From positions 90,956,001-91,020,000 of the forward strand of contig NC_087437.1 of NCBI RefSeq assembly GCF_036321535.1: a stretch of DNA of 64,000 nt. The letters are read 5' to 3'. The position numbers were made by a program, and so were the translations under genes. Shown piece after piece: positions 24,241 to 38,700 of this stretch. The notes beneath the pieces were generated by a model that was given only the letters and a program-made list of their open reading frames with translations, was not told the origin of the DNA and did no database searches. This DNA is from Camelus dromedarius (lineage: Eukaryota). Numbering within the stretch: the first letter of the stretch is position 1; the number at the start of each line of letters is the position of its first letter.

Positions 24241-25544
24241 ACAATAAGAAAGCCTATTACATTTGTTTATATCAATGTGGAAATAGTTGGATCAATATCT
24301 TCTGAGACATATACCACTTTCCAAAATGTAAAATTTTGTTTTTATCATTTCCCAGATGGCAGCTATCATCTACAGATAGGTAAGTGTTCAGATATGTTTA
24401 TAATAGGATTTCTCATATTAAAATTTTTCAAATGATTCCCTTTTTAATACACAAACTGATTCAATATAGCTATTGAATTTGTGAAGAAATTTATACTACC
24501 ATTACTGCAAACTGCATTATGCTCTTCAACTTTGCATGTTATCACAAAGATTATGTAGTATTTATAAAAATCTCTTCACACTGATAATAGCAATAGTTAT
24601 TACTATTGTTTTTATATTACTCAAATTTGATAATTATGCTTAATTACCTCTAGACAAATTTTCTTTTGTAATGTCTTTGATAATTTTGAACTGATATCAT
24701 GGTGTTAGGTTACCCTTCTAATGTACCGTATGCCTAGATGTAGAAAGTTTTACTATTTGAAGCTCGTTTCCTGACTAGATTTATTTTATGTGTGTCATCA
24801 AATGCAAAGTTTTGATTAACTAGCATTTTTTTTTGATCAGAGATAATATGTAATTACTCAAATCTCCGTTTCTGTACATGACCAGCAGCTGGCATCCTGT
24901 TGCTTCTCTGTATATTTTACAATTTTAGCGTAATTTGGTGACTGATGTCCATTTTCAAAGATACACATTGCTCTGTATAACATTTGATGAGATGTAAAGT
25001 ATTTGGCAATGCCTGATGATTGAAGAAAGTGCAAATATTGTTGTACTAGTTATTCGTCAAAGATGTCTACAGTGTAGTTTAAGATGGAATGGAGATGTGT
25101 AATCACTGTCAGTGGTGTCATTTTTTTTATAATGAAAGACTACAGTGAAGATATTATGAGGTATAATAATTAGAAAATTTGTTCTGCATCTGTACAAGCT
25201 ACTTTTCATAAATGAGAGCAACAGAACTCTTAGAAATTGAGGTTTCTAAATTTTAATTATTTTAGGGGAAAAGAAGAAGCTAGTGAGAAGCCAATGGAGA
25301 AATCAGAAGAAGGTGAAATTAGTGAATCTCTAATAAAAAAAATACACTAACTTATATGCTTTCAGGATAAACTTCTTAAGCTGTGTTATTTGGATTGAGC
25401 CCTGTTAACTTCAATATCTAGGTACATTTTTAAAACTCAAAAGAGACCTGGCAATGGTTAAATCAGTTATCAGGAGAGTTTAATTTCTGCAGAATATGTG
25501 ATTACACAGAATAATTCACTTAAGACTTTGTAATAGAGAAGCCT

Positions 25545-25805
25545 ATATCCAGAAGCTGGATTAGAGTTCTAGCTCTATTTCATTAGCACATATAGTTTAC
25601 AAAACCGTTTTAATAAAAGGTTACTGTTTAGTCTTGACCATGTTACTTAACATGTCTGAGCCTTTGTTTCCTCATCAGTAGGACAGAAGGGTACCCATAT
25701 GTTCTGTACACAAACTACAGCATATGTGGGAGAATCAAATCAAATGGAGATAAAACAAGTGAAAGTATTGCATAAATATTGTAGCCATACAAAGAATGCT
25801 ATTAC
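25545..25805 (+). mobile_element. MIR SINE
   Basis: 'ttacttaacatgtctgagcctttgtttcctcatc' core and a 'gagataaaacaagtgaaagtattg' tail. Confidence 0.7.
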
Positions 25806-28691
25806 ACGAGTTACATAAATACAAGTGTACTTAACACTACATTTCCTGAGCTAATGTAAATCAACAACATTTAACTGAAATTAAAGAATTTAATAACATA
25901 AAAGCCTATAAAAGCCTTCTAGTCTACCTCCTTTCAATATATAAATTCAAGTGATAGTCTCTTGGTCTTAGCTACAACAGGAGTAATGGGGATGTTCACT
26001 TATTTTACCTGAGGATTTTAAAATATGAATCTTATTTTTGACATCTAGAACTAACATAATTAATTATTTTAAAATACCTGCTATGTACTAAGTACCACAG
26101 TACTAAGTATCATAGTAGTTTAATATCAGAGAATGAAATCATGGATGTTGCAAACACTGCTTCACTGAGACCCACCTTCTCCCCCACAAATCATGGTGGA
26201 AAAATACAATATAGCAAGTAGGAGAAACTCTGGAATGGTTAAAAGAACATGAAATTCAGCAATCACTATGTAAATAGGAAATATATCTCCACAACTGAGA
26301 ATGATGACAAATGGTTTCAGCAAGGCAAAAAATAGTTAAGGTCCATTTATTGAGTGATCTCCTGCAAAATCTAAATGTTCTGTCAAATTAAATCCATACT
26401 CCATACTCCTAATTCTCTGCTCCCTAACAGATGAGAAATTAGAATTCAAACATTTTGCCTAGAAGGTACTATTTCTGGAGTGTCCTAGTCAACTGCTTGG
26501 AAGCAATGGATAATGTTACAATCACACTCTGCTTACTAGATATATAAAATGCTTGATGCAGGAAGACAACTCAGGAATATATTTATGGTTGGCTGAAGCT
26601 ACAATCAATGAATATAAGTTTAAGAAAAGTTTTTGGCAGTACCCAAGGACATTGACCAAGACATTGTCTCTTTGCCTCTGCTTCTTTCTTGGGGAAAATT
26701 AGTAGGGCTGATTTTCCAGGATGTGAACGTTTCACTCTTTGTCTGGAGTTGAGAATAATGCTTCATTCCTGAGATAGAAATGAAATGGCATCAAGTGGGG
26801 AAACGGGAATGATCTCAGTATAAATAAGCAAGAAGGAAATGTGCCCTTAGGTTGGTAGCAAAATATGATACCAAAGAGTTCAGAGTGACTGAAGACCTAC
26901 TCTTGCTGTGGTATCCCAGATCCTGAGCTAAGGTGTGAAATAGCAAGAATAGTACTGGATCTTAAGTCTTGTGGTGAGAGTAAACCCATGATATGCTTTT
27001 TGCTTTTGTCCAGAATATGGCAAATTGGATGGCTGGTTAACTAGTTGTGTAGGTTGGATTATTCAGTAAATAAATCTTCAGAGAGCTGAGAAAGGAAGAA
27101 TTAGATAAAATGAAAACAGGATTCATAGTTTTATTTTTTTCCAGGTAATTTTCTATCCTATCAAATGAGAAATGTTTATAAGCAGTATAATGCAAAATAA
27201 ACCATAGGTAATGGTCATTCCTTCTGTCTGAGTAATGATTTCTCAGAGATGTATTTGAGGGTTCAGTAGGAGTGGTTCTTGGGGTTCAGGAAGATCAAAG
27301 GCATCAAAATCAAAGGGAACAACATGGCAAAATTCTAACTTCTGAATGCAATGTTTAGTCAAATATATGTTACTGTTTGTTGTTTTTTCCCAAAACATTC
27401 ATTTCTCTTTATCAAATTTATCAATCCTACATTTTTCTTTGCACAATACACAACATGATGTATTTATCTCTCCCTAAATAAAGTGACTGTAGAATTCCAG
27501 ACTGCTTTGAAGATTGCTCTCAATTTTGCTTTTCCATGAAATCTTCCACAACTGTTCTAGCAGTTCTGATCTATTCTTTATTACCTCCTAAATACAGTTT
27601 TACCAAGTTCAACAGTAACTCCTTTGTATTCATTAGTGTTTCTTTATGGTTAGTGGAATCATACTAAGGTTAAGAATATTGCTTCAGGTTTTAATTTTTT
27701 TTTCTTTTCTTTTTTCCCCTTTATTATACCCTGGTACTTACTGGGCATATAGACAAAAAATAAAAGTTTAATTGAGTTATAATTATCATTAAATGTTATT
27801 ATATTAAATTTTACATTTGAAAAGAAAGACTTTCAAAACAGTTCAATTTCTGATATTTTCAGGCTCTAATAGGAGATAATGAGATGCTCAGGTAAATATT
27901 CAAAGCATAATTTACATTGACCATTTCTGTCTTTTCATTTCCCATTTTAACAACCACTTGCAGTTTCAGGAAAACTTTAAATAATTGTTTTTGACTGTAT
28001 CATTTTTAAAGTTGAGTAACCTGAAAAGACATATTTTGCTGCTATAAGGTAGAAAATAAAACCCTGAAACAGGCCTCCTGACATGCTTCAGTATATCACA
28101 AGAATGCATTATAAGCTATAAAATATCTTAGATTAAGATACCCTACATAGGTAGATTTCCAAGGAGCATTGCCTCATTTTTCAACAGTCTAGTTCTTAGT
28201 AGGATAAATGAGAACAAAACATGACCTGAAAGTAAAGGAGTTGAGGAGTCACTTGCTAAACTAAGTTTTCTAAATTTGTACTAATTTTTTTTGTAGTATA
28301 TTTGATGCTGATGTAGCAAGAGATCAGTTTGGTGATATTCAACTTTAAAAAAAAGATTCACTGCCCTAGAATGGCTAATAATGAGAACAGGTGCCAGAGT
28401 AGTCAAATATGAACCACTGCATCAACAATCAGAAGTCCAGCTTCATCTGCCTCCACTTTCTGAGGCTCAACTAAATATTACAAAATGTTCTGAATTCTCA
28501 AAAAGATCAATAACATTTACAATATACCTACTATGTTTCAATTCTTGTACTTAACATTGTAAAATATGTAAGTTTTTAAAAGATGTAGGAGTCAGATTTT
28601 GCCTCTGAGTGCTCTTATATTTCTTTGTAGGCTATATATAGGTATGGATGTGGATATAGAAAATAAATTATGAAAAATATGTATTTTATGG

Positions 28692-29153
28692 TATGATAGA
28701 TTAATTTGCTTAAAGGCTTTTATTTTTCATCTCTTCCTGGATCTACCTTTTCTCATGTAACTTGTTAGGCTCTCCCACTCTGATTCTGGTCTTGGTCACA
28801 TGATTTACTTTGGTCAGTGGAATTCTAGAAAGTATAATACAAGCAGAGACTTGATAAAGCATTTGCATTCTTTTGCTTATGCTTTTTCCCTCTGCTATCA
28901 CCATGAAAAGGACATACACCAGCTAGACTGCTGAAGATTGTGATCCCCATAAAGCAATCAAGATCTCCTAATCATCTCAACTGAGGTCTGGTACACTAGC
29001 CAACAGCCAGCTGACCTACAGACATGTAAGCAAGTGCTGTTAATATCAGCAGACCCACTTTTCAACCATCCTAGATTCATGATCAATGGATGCTATTGTT
29101 GTATGCCATTAAGACTTTTTATAGGGTATTATTATGGCAATGAATATTTAATA
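28692..29153 (+). mobile_element. MLT1H/I-like MaLR solo LTR
   Basis: 'cttggtcacatgatttactttggtcagtgg', 'ctctgctatcaccatgaaaaggacat' and 'ccagctgacctacagacatg', ending 'ttgttgtatgccattaag...attatggcaatgaatatttaata'. Confidence 0.8.
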
Positions 29154-31971
29154 TAATTGGTCCTGAATTATCCCTTAAATTTTGTGGTAGAGTCTGAAAA
29201 TTTAGGTGCCCATTAGGACTGAATCAGAAAGTGTATATGATAATTCTACACTTAATAATTTTTCAGTAGTTGTTTGTCATCATCTTATCCCTCACAATTC
29301 CCAAAGAATCTCTTTAATTCGAAATAGTATGTCTGAACGCAAATAAGAGAATTAGGTAGTTAACCTAGTCATAAAAAAGCTGTGTTTGTGTGAGATAAAC
29401 ATTGCCACAAACCTACATGTGCCCATGCCCACAAACCCAATGTATTTATGATAACTATCCCAATATATAGTGACTGTATATCCATATACATAAACATACA
29501 CTCATATGTCACCCAATTTCCCATTTTTAAGGACATATTTACCTTTAGTTAGAATATCACAAACCTTTATTCTGTATAATCTGAGCAGTTCAACATATCA
29601 CCTCCATAATTCTAAGAGTTGTTAGCATGAAAACAATAGGGGTGAATGACTAAAATTTCTCCTGATTAGTCCATTTATCCTCCTGTTCCTCCGTGCCAAT
29701 AATCACTAGTAATCTGATTTTACTAATTCCTCTCCAGGGATATCTTCTCTTTCTTCTTTCCTCCTTCTTCATGTTGAGGATACATCTCATTCCTTTATGC
29801 CTTCATAGGTCCTTGTATGTATAAAACACATTGAATGTTTCTGGATAGTAGAGTATAATTACAACACAGGACATAAAACAGCTTTAAATTCTTCCCATTC
29901 TAGAAACATGTCTGTATTTTAACATCACAGAAATTATCTTCCTTCTTCCTCTGTCATCATACTGACTCATTTTCTTATCTCTCTTTATTCTCTTAAATTT
30001 CTTCATCTACCAGGTGTGTCCCCCTCCAAGCACAACACATCCAAATATGCAGCTATTTTGAACAAAAATCCCAAATATGGCTTGGTTTTTTTTTATATAA
30101 AACAATTTACTGTTCTCTTGTTTTTCTTCTTTCCTTTCAAATTTTGTCCTAGAGTAAGATTGGTTTGGAGTAAGATTGGTTTGGTGAGTGATTCAATTTA
30201 ATTTTCTCTTGTCCATCAGAATATTTCTAGAACAACAATCATAACAAAAAATGTCACTCTGTTGTTTCTACTTGAAAAGGTAAGTAACTATTTAAATAAT
30301 GTATTTAACTGATTGATACATATATATATATCTCAGTTATTTTTATACAGTGTATAAAAATTTACTCATCCAATGTGTTTATGATATCAGCTCTTCCAAT
30401 ATGTAGTGACTAAGGTATTAGTGAAATATTTAAGAACATGTAATTAAGCAATACAGTCTTGCGTGCTGCTATTTAGATACAATTATTTGACTGCCATGAG
30501 CACATTGTATTTTGGTTGTCTTCTGCTTCCACCTCACTCTATAAAATTTTTCATTTCTTTACATTTGTTTTAAATTTCAAATACAAGAATACGCTACATC
30601 TATGACTTTAATCTTTCAATTTCAAATGAAGAAAGTAACCTACACTTATTCTAGGGCCAAATGAATGATTGCTCTATCATAAAAGTGAGGTTAAACCTAA
30701 AATAAGCCTACTTATTCTTTCTCTCTCTTGCTCTACCCTGACTCACATAGTAAGGATATGTATTTTTTTAAAGTCTGTATCGTAAGACTTAAGTACACTT
30801 CACTATTCTACATTTGTTCTAGCTATTTTTTAAGTAGTTTTACATTAAGTGGAAATATAAGTAATTGTTTTTAAATGTCAAATAATTCTGAATTATAGGT
30901 TATTGTAGTTGTTACTAAACCTAGTGCTAAGTAGTAGCTAAGCCCCAGACACAGGGCCATGTTAACCGTCTTAACTAAACTTCTAAGTTCAAAAAGAGCC
31001 ATTAAATTAATTACAAAAATGCTTGTGCTAGATCTGTTAACTAGAAAAAGGATAGGATAAATCATATATGTGTCATATGTGTGGATCTGTGTGTATGTAA
31101 ATTATGTGTGTGCATGTATTGTGAGTAAGAGTAGAAAGATCTATTTATGCATAATAACCTGTAAAGGGAAACCAGTGAAAGGATTTGAAGTGGCAGTGTT
31201 TCTTCTAATTTGTGTGTGTATTTATTTCTACTGCTTTGGGAGTCATATTTTGCCTCATGTGGCCAAATGTCTCTATGATACAGGGTGAGGTTTTCTCTTT
31301 GAGGAACATTTCATTTGACTTGCTTTCTCTTGTCCTTTCTAAAGATGCTCAGTTATTTTTTGTGTAACATCTCTCCAAAAATAAAGGCATTGATCATTAA
31401 AAAATTTTTAGTGAGGTTAAGTTTTTTTTAAGTTGACAATTAAGAAGAATTACAGAGAATGAATTGAATTAGAATAGACCAAGGACATCTTAGAACATAC
31501 CTAAGCCTAGTGTTTATTTTCAGTTACTTATAAAAGATAAAATCTGGTGTAATGAACATTGGTCATTTCAGTTTCTGCTGACCTTCCTTTGATTCCACTT
31601 TTAATTTTGTGAATTTAAAGTCTAAATAGTTATTGGGACAAAGATCTCTCTTCTCAATACAAAAGCCCAGAAATATATATCTACATTTCTTCCTCAGAGT
31701 TCTCTCTATATGTCAGTTATCTGGCTTATATTATAACTTCTAGTCTGACAGTAACCAGCTCATCATGTCATAAGATAGCATTTGTCTAAGTGAGATAGCT
31801 GATGGTGAAGCTCCTAGTACTTGAAGAATAAAAAGAAATAGAGAAGGTCTGAGAATGAGTGGATGGGCCACTCAAAATCATTCTGTATTCTGAGTATCAT
31901 AAGAAGCTGCCTTTGTGGAAGAACACTTAATATCTACATGAAGGAAAAAGACTCACTCTGTGAATACCCAT

Positions 31972-32336
31972 TGTTTTAGTCCACTCCGGTTGCTGTAACA
32001 AAGTATCACAGACTGGATAGCTTATAAACAACAGAAATTTATTTCATACAGTTCCTGAGGCAAAGTCCGAGATCAGGATGCCAGCAGAGTTGGGTTCTGG
32101 TGAAGGCTCTCTTCCAGGTTGTAGACAGTTAACTTCTTGGTGTGTCCTCAGTTGGTGGAGGGGGCTAGGATCTCTACGGGTCTCTTTTATAAAAGCACTA
32201 ATCCCATCTGTGAGGGCTTCTCCTTCTTGCCCTAAGCACTTGCCAAAGTCCCCACCTCCCAATCTATCACATTGAACGTTAGAATTTCAACATGCGAATG
32301 TTGAGAGGAGGAGGACACAAACATTCAAACCATAGA
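31972..32336 (-). mobile_element. MLT1A/MLT1A0 MaLR solo LTR
   Basis: 'tgttttagtcc...gctgtaacaaagtatcacagactgg...aaacaacagaaatttattt' through 'ggacacaaacattcaaaccatag', the reverse of the TGCTATGGTCTGAATGTTTGTGTCC start. Confidence 0.92.
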
Positions 32337-35300
32337 CTTTACCATCTCTTTCATTAGAAGCATAAGATCTTGCTCCGAAGTAGTCATGGATTTAGGGATC
32401 AAAGATTTAAATACATACAAAACATTTTTTTTCACTAGATCAGTTCTGGCTGTTGCCATGACTGAGGATCTAACATGCCAGCATCAGCTTTCATGTCCCC
32501 TTGATAGAGGACCATGTCTTCTGGGAACTGACCAGCCACCTAGTGTCAGGTTGGCTACACATCACTGAAAAGACAGTTTTGATTTTGATTTTATTTCCCC
32601 ATCTGCCTAGTTTCTGCTAGTATCACTATTGTGAGTTCCTTCAGGATCTTCTTTACTTTTATTTTGTTCCTTAACATTGCTTCTTGGAGTCTTAAATACA
32701 GTGTCACCTGAGAGACAACACACTTTGAATTTGGGGTACTTTCTACAGAATGGGGTGCATGCTCTGAATGTATTTTACCCTTAGAGCATGTAGGTCCTAA
32801 ATTCAAGGGATATAAGAGCTAATATCAATTCTTCTTATTATATATGAGGATATATTACATGGTCTCATGATTCTTGAATCTGCAAATAAGGTGTTTTAGG
32901 AACCAATGTGCTGTACACCCTCCACAATAATCATGTTATGGGATTTTCCAGTTACAGCTATTTCACCATTTCATAATTCTCATTCCATTCAGTGAAAAAA
33001 AAAATATATTATACCCATGGTATCATCTAAGAAAGCTTTTCTTAACTATCAAGGGGGCTCTGGAGAGTGGCTAAACAGTGCAGCCTGAGAGAAGTATGAA
33101 TAAGACCAGAGAATGCAGAGGACTGGAAGAATGTCATCTCAATGCCCTGTCCAGTGATGACAACAAAAGGAGCATTATAGCTGTTTTATACAATCAGGAT
33201 AACCATGAATTCAGGTCCCTTGGGTTTGATAATTTGGATAAAATATCTTTAAGTGTACTCAGTATCATGAACTCTGAACCATAATCTGATACAGAGCAAG
33301 TAAAACATGCACATTAATGATATCTTGTCACACTTAAAAATTATGGCTTTTTTCAAAGAAGTCCAGCAATAAATAGGAATAACAATTGGCTCAATTGGAA
33401 GATTTCCAATAAAGTAAGTGAAGACTCAAGTCAGAGCTGTGAATGGCAATGACTTCTCAAGGCGAAGCAGTGCCTGAAACAAGACATTGTTTTGTTTGTG
33501 ATGTAGTACACTTAATCCCTTTCCTGAGGCAGGACATAAACCAGCTGATCTCTGAAAGTTAATTCCAGCTTCATCATTGTCAAATTTCATTTATCTCTCA
33601 CACCCTCTACCTTCCCCCCAAGTCTTTTTGTTTTTCCAGGTAACTGTCATCTTACTTTTCATTTCTGTTTGTAGTTTGGTTAAAGTGGCAACCAAAACTT
33701 TAGTTAAAGTGGCAACATTCATTCTGAACAAATTTTTATCCCAAATATTAATTTGATACTGCAGTACACAGATAGTGTGCACTACATGTCAGATTCCTTT
33801 GCAAAGGACCAATTTGGAAAGTATATTTTATAAACCAGTGTGCTACATTCTGAATATTATGTACTGATCAGTATTTTTTCTCAGGAGACTAAATATGCTT
33901 ATTTTTGATCTATCTAAGGATTCTTATACTGTGGATTTTAGGCTTACCTTTTCAGGAAAAATTTCCTTACTAAAAGGCAGGTCATTCCTGCATCCAATTC
34001 TTTAAATGCTTCTATTCAGTGATTTTATTTTAAAAAAAAAAAAAAAAGGTTTAAAAAAAGGAAAAATTAAGGGTTGTGAAATAGCTTCATTAAAAACAAA
34101 AACCAAAAAACAAGGAAATATAATCCCTTAACGTGCTTGATCATGAATATTTTAGGTTTATTATGAGTTTCATAAAAATCTATAGGACTTGCACAGGTAT
34201 GTAAGAAACATATCTGAAGAAAATGGCATTGTCCACCAAGGAGAGAGCATTTCTGCACAGCCTTTGCTGGTCATGGGTGAACTCAGCTGTTAATGGTCTG
34301 TGAACAGCATCATGGATACTTTCCTGGGGACAGGCCTGGTTCCTAATAATTTCTACCATGCAGATATGGTCATTGACCTACAATGGGGATGAAAGTGCAG
34401 CATTCTGGTGCTTTTTGCAGCAATTAAACTCAATGCCCAGGGTGAATAATTTCTACTATCAGTACAAGAAGAGTAGCGAATGCTGTGCTCTGCCTTTGTC
34501 TCACATCCTGTAATTCTTGTTGCCTTTTTCCTGAAACTCCATGTCAACTGACTTCTTCTAGTGAGGGTTTCCAGCAGAGCCAATGTGTCTACATTGTCAC
34601 ATATATGAAATCAGGCAGTTCACAACATAATAAGACTAATGGGAATACAAAGTAACTTTTCTGTATATTAATGCCTGTATTTTTTGATGTACTTTCACTA
34701 GAACCTGAAGGTGTGTAGGTAGAAACGACAGCCTAATAGAGCTGTATATGGGCTCTATGTTGGAAGAGAGCCAGGGAAGAAGTCAGAGAGGCTGTTTCCC
34801 CTTGCCCCATGAACCTACTTATACAATTCAGTATTCATAATTATGTGTCTGATTTTGAAAGTTTCATAAAGTGATAATATGATCCTCAAACCCCAGCCCT
34901 AAATTGAAGAATAAAGAAAAATGTCACCACCCCTACCACAAAATTAAAAAGCGTGAGACAAAAGGATGTGTGTTTTCTGACTACTGTTTCCTCTTCAGTC
35001 ACAAGTGGCTGGCACAAAGAGCCTCATGTGCATTTTTTTCTAACTATATCATTTAACTGCCAGAAATTACACCCTTTTAAAAATATTTTTAATTTACAAG
35101 TTTTTAATAACATGGGTCAATTTATATTTTTAGAGTAGAAAACTGAAAGAAAAAAAAATTGGCTTCACTGTCTGAAAAAAAGCGCTCTACCTGAAACCTG
35201 TGACAACTTTGTTTCATCGAATGACTCAGAAAGACCTCAACACATTTTCCTTTGAGTGTATTTGTTGATTCTTTGTCTTTGTGAAAGCATGTAAATAAGG

Positions 35301-35649
35301 AAACTTAAAAATTTGCTAGAAAAAGAATTAACAGCTATTAAATCTATTAAATTTTGTAAAATTTAGATAAAAATCAGATAAATCTCCAGAACACAGATAC
35401 ATTTATGTTAAAAAACAAAACAAAACAAAAAAAAACTTGGGTAGCCATTAACTATAGGGCTTGATTTTGGTTAAAGTTCTTAACTTTTCCTAAGAAAATT
35501 CAAACCACATCTCCAGAATTTCTGTTTGGAAAAGCTGTTCTTAATTAGCAATGAGTAACATTGGCATTGAGAAGCTAAAGTTCAGTTGTTATCAATAAAC
35601 TCTTTGAAAAAATATTTTGCAGAAATGCTTGAAGAACATGCTGTCCATG

Positions 35650-35896
35650 AATTCCCTAGAGAAACCATATTGTACTCTTAAGGCAAATGATTATTTTCAT
35701 GTTTTATATTTTCATCTGTATCTCATAATGCAGCATACTTTATATTTATAGCATTTATTATTTTTCTGCCCTTCTAAAATGTAACCTTTATGAAGCCATC
35801 AGTTTTGTTTATTATGCCAAATTCTACACCCAGGAACCAAGACCAATTTCCTGGCACGTTATGAGTACTAAATATACATTTGTAGGAAGAATGAAT
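35650..35896 (+). mobile_element. L2 3' end
   Basis: 'ctaaaatgtaacctttatgaag...cctggcacgttatgagtactaaatatacatttgtaggaagaatgaat', ending in the L2 (TGAA)n tail. Confidence 0.65.
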
Positions 35897-37155
35897 ATGT
35901 TAATGAGCTGTCCTTTTAGATCTCAGGTGGCTTTTTATTTTACATCATAGACCCTATGGGTCTTATAAATAACTTATTTTCTTCCTTGAATACTAGGAGG
36001 CTTAAGGTCAAATACTTGTTACATATCCAGTAAATATAGAGCACCAATTGGATGTCTTTGGGGCTTCATAATGTTATTGCTCTTATTTCCTTTTGTTTTA
36101 ATTCTTACAAATATTTGTTGTGCCTTTCTATTTTGTTATTCTTGAATATTACGTAAAATACTGTTCTATAAATCTGGAAAGTAAGGAGAAAAACAAGATG
36201 AAAGAAGGAAGATGAAACACTAAGATCACAGGAAAAAAGAAGGAAGGAAGGAAGGGTGGGTGGGTTATGCATGAAGCAAGCAAATGAGAATAGAGAGAAA
36301 CAGGAAAGTGAATGGGAGGAAGTTTTAAAGAGAAGGAAACTGAGAGGAAATGGCCTTGGCAGTGAGGAAGAAAGAAAAGATTTGGAAAAACTTCCTTAAT
36401 TGGAAATGCTGAAACTGCAGAATAGATGGCAAGTATATCTTGCTATAAGCATATTCTGGATAAATACAGATTTTTCATGGCTGACTGTACTTTGCTTGAA
36501 TTTTGGAAGACTTGTGGAGGTTTTGAGCTCTCACTCTCAATCAACTAATCAACGTGATGAGATAAAATAAAATTATTTTCGTTTAAGTGATGAAGCTGAT
36601 ATCTAATGTAGTAATTATTTTAAATTCTATGTAATAGTAGAAATAATTTAGTTGTTTTTTAAAGAAATCTAGAGAGGGTAATATTATAGACATAATGCAG
36701 CCCGCTCTGCAGTGAAGAGCTGAGTGATAACCTGTATACTCTTACAGCAATGAACAAGCAGCAGATAACCAAATATCAGGCTCATGGGAAGAGTAAAAGT
36801 TGTCTTCCAAACACAGCCATCAATAACTAACAGGAACAATAATTCATAAAATGTTTGAAGGCTTAAAACGCAACTGAACCACAGGCTAATGCAAAGCTCT
36901 AGACTAGTTGGTTCCCCCTAGCAATCAGGGAAAAGAGCAATACCAGCATTTAATGAAATATGGCTACAGGTTAACACATTAACATAGGAACTACATTCAG
37001 CTCTTCCCTCTCAAACCTTCCTTCAAAATTGTTCTATTCTAGGGAGAGTAAGAGCTGTTTCTTATCATTTGGTCCTTCACATAAAATCTTCTCCTTCTGA
37101 AATGTGCTGAAAAGAAATGTGTTAATGAGAACTGAACATCTATTGAACCCATATA

Positions 37156-37307
37156 GAGTTGGCTCTCTATATCAGTGAGTTCTGCATTCACAGATAACAA
37201 AGGGCCTTCTGTGCTACACCATTTTATATAAGGGACTTGAGCGTCAGCAGATTTTGGTACCTGCAGGGGTCCTGGAACCAATCCCCCACAGTCATCAGGG
37301 ATGACTG
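37156..37307 (-). mobile_element. MER2/Tigger3-like (TcMar-Tigger) short deletion derivative with TA target sites
   Basis: 'ccattttatataagggacttgagcgtc...ggggtcctggaaccaatccccc...gggatgactg' is the reverse of the MER2 start. TA flanks both ends (37154-55 and 37308-09). Confidence 0.85.
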
Positions 37308-37404
37308 TACTTTTGTACACAAGAGCATCAATACTATATGATCCCACTGCTTTTCCTAGTTGGCCTTATCAGGATGATTTTGCATCACAGTACATAATGA
37401 TGGT

Positions 37405-37880
37405 GGACTGAAAAATGTCTAGTTAACCTTCTTGCCTTCCTCTGCCCTCTTCTGTGTCTTGGGAGATTGACTATTATGGACTGCATCAATTGGGTGCCCT
37501 TGCCTTCTGGCTTCGAGTTAGATTTGGCCAAAGAGCAGAAATGGCAGATTAGATAGTAGGAGAAGAACAAAGTCAGACTGTTTATTTACTCACTCACTTC
37601 TAGTTTAGGTTTTACAGGGCCTAAAACAGTCTTCAACTGTGGCTTCTATCAAGTAGTCTTCCTTCTGATACATCAGCTCTCACTGAGCTCTACTTAACAC
37701 CCCTTCATCTCTCTGGTCCTTCAATGTGACAGAAGTAATGATTTTCTGCAATTGCTAGAGCCTGTGTGCCTCATCATCCTTTGTTGATTTCTATACCCAG
37801 TTCACAGTATACCAAAATAGCCTGTTAATTTGTCTTCAAATGGTCAACTTCTGTATCCTTCCAAGATGTAATGATGCTGT
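37405..37880 (+). mobile_element. LTR33 (ERV-L) solo LTR
   Basis: 'tatggactgcatcaattgggtgcccttgccttctggcttcgagttagatttggccaa' matches the LTR33 core. Confidence 0.75.
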
Positions 37881-38499
37881 ATGTCAAAAATCCATTCTAG
37901 CCTTGTGACCTCACTGTCAAGAGCTTTACAAACTGGATCAAAAATCAGAGCAGGAAACAATAACCTTATCTTCAGTTCCATAGCATCATTGAACAAAAGA
38001 AACTTTTTGTAATTTTAAGTAATTTACACCTCATGGCTTTCTACTTAAGTGAAAACTGTAAGATTATAAACTAGATTATTTGCCTCCCAACTATGGTAAG
38101 GCAAATTCAAAGAAGCATTTTAAAACTGCTAATTATATACAAGAGTATACCATTTCAATAAGTATTGCTTCCTCTAAAAGCCATTTTGTCTTTATTTTTT
38201 CACTTATGATCCTAACCTGTAATCTAAAAATGTGTGGACATGTGGCTGATTTCTCTTTACTTGGTAAAACATCAGGAAATGTTTGCAATTAGATCACTCT
38301 CGCTCTTTCCCCTCTCCCTCTTTAAGCATTAAATGAGGTCCCTTAACAAGTACTGGAAGGAATGTATCTAGGCTCAGATCAACAGTAATGAAAATCAGCG
38401 TGCCAATGCTGTGCCTAACAAGTCCGGAGTCACTCTTCTGGCTTCCCTTCTGTGCTCCACAGCTACCCCAGGTCTGCCCTCCCCCCTGCCTCTTGTGGT

Positions 38500-38700
38500 T
38501 TGGAACATAAGGCCTAGGCTTGAGATCTGATGTTAATCCTACAAGATTTGTGGTGTTGAGCTATTTATTTCATGTTTCTGAATTTCACTTTCATTAGCTA
38601 TAAGGGAATGACAATAATCATGTACTGCGTTCTTTTAAAAGGAATAGAATCTAGATAAAAACATTTATCACTTAGAAAGTATTATGTAATTATTAGCTAC
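38500..38700 (+). mobile_element. MIR SINE fragment
   Basis: 'tttctgaatttcactttcattagctataagggaatgacaataat'. Confidence 0.5.

Noticed and set aside
30220..30279. Apparent 60-nt exon with an AG|GTAAGT donor (NISRTTIITKNVTLLFLLEK)
   Set aside because: The sequence resembles decayed L2 ('tttctagaaca...atgtcactct') and the peptide is unrecognisable. There is no independent support.
33679..33717. Direct repeat gttaaagtggcaac occurring twice
   Set aside because: Only two copies with a short spacer; an ordinary local duplication, not an array.
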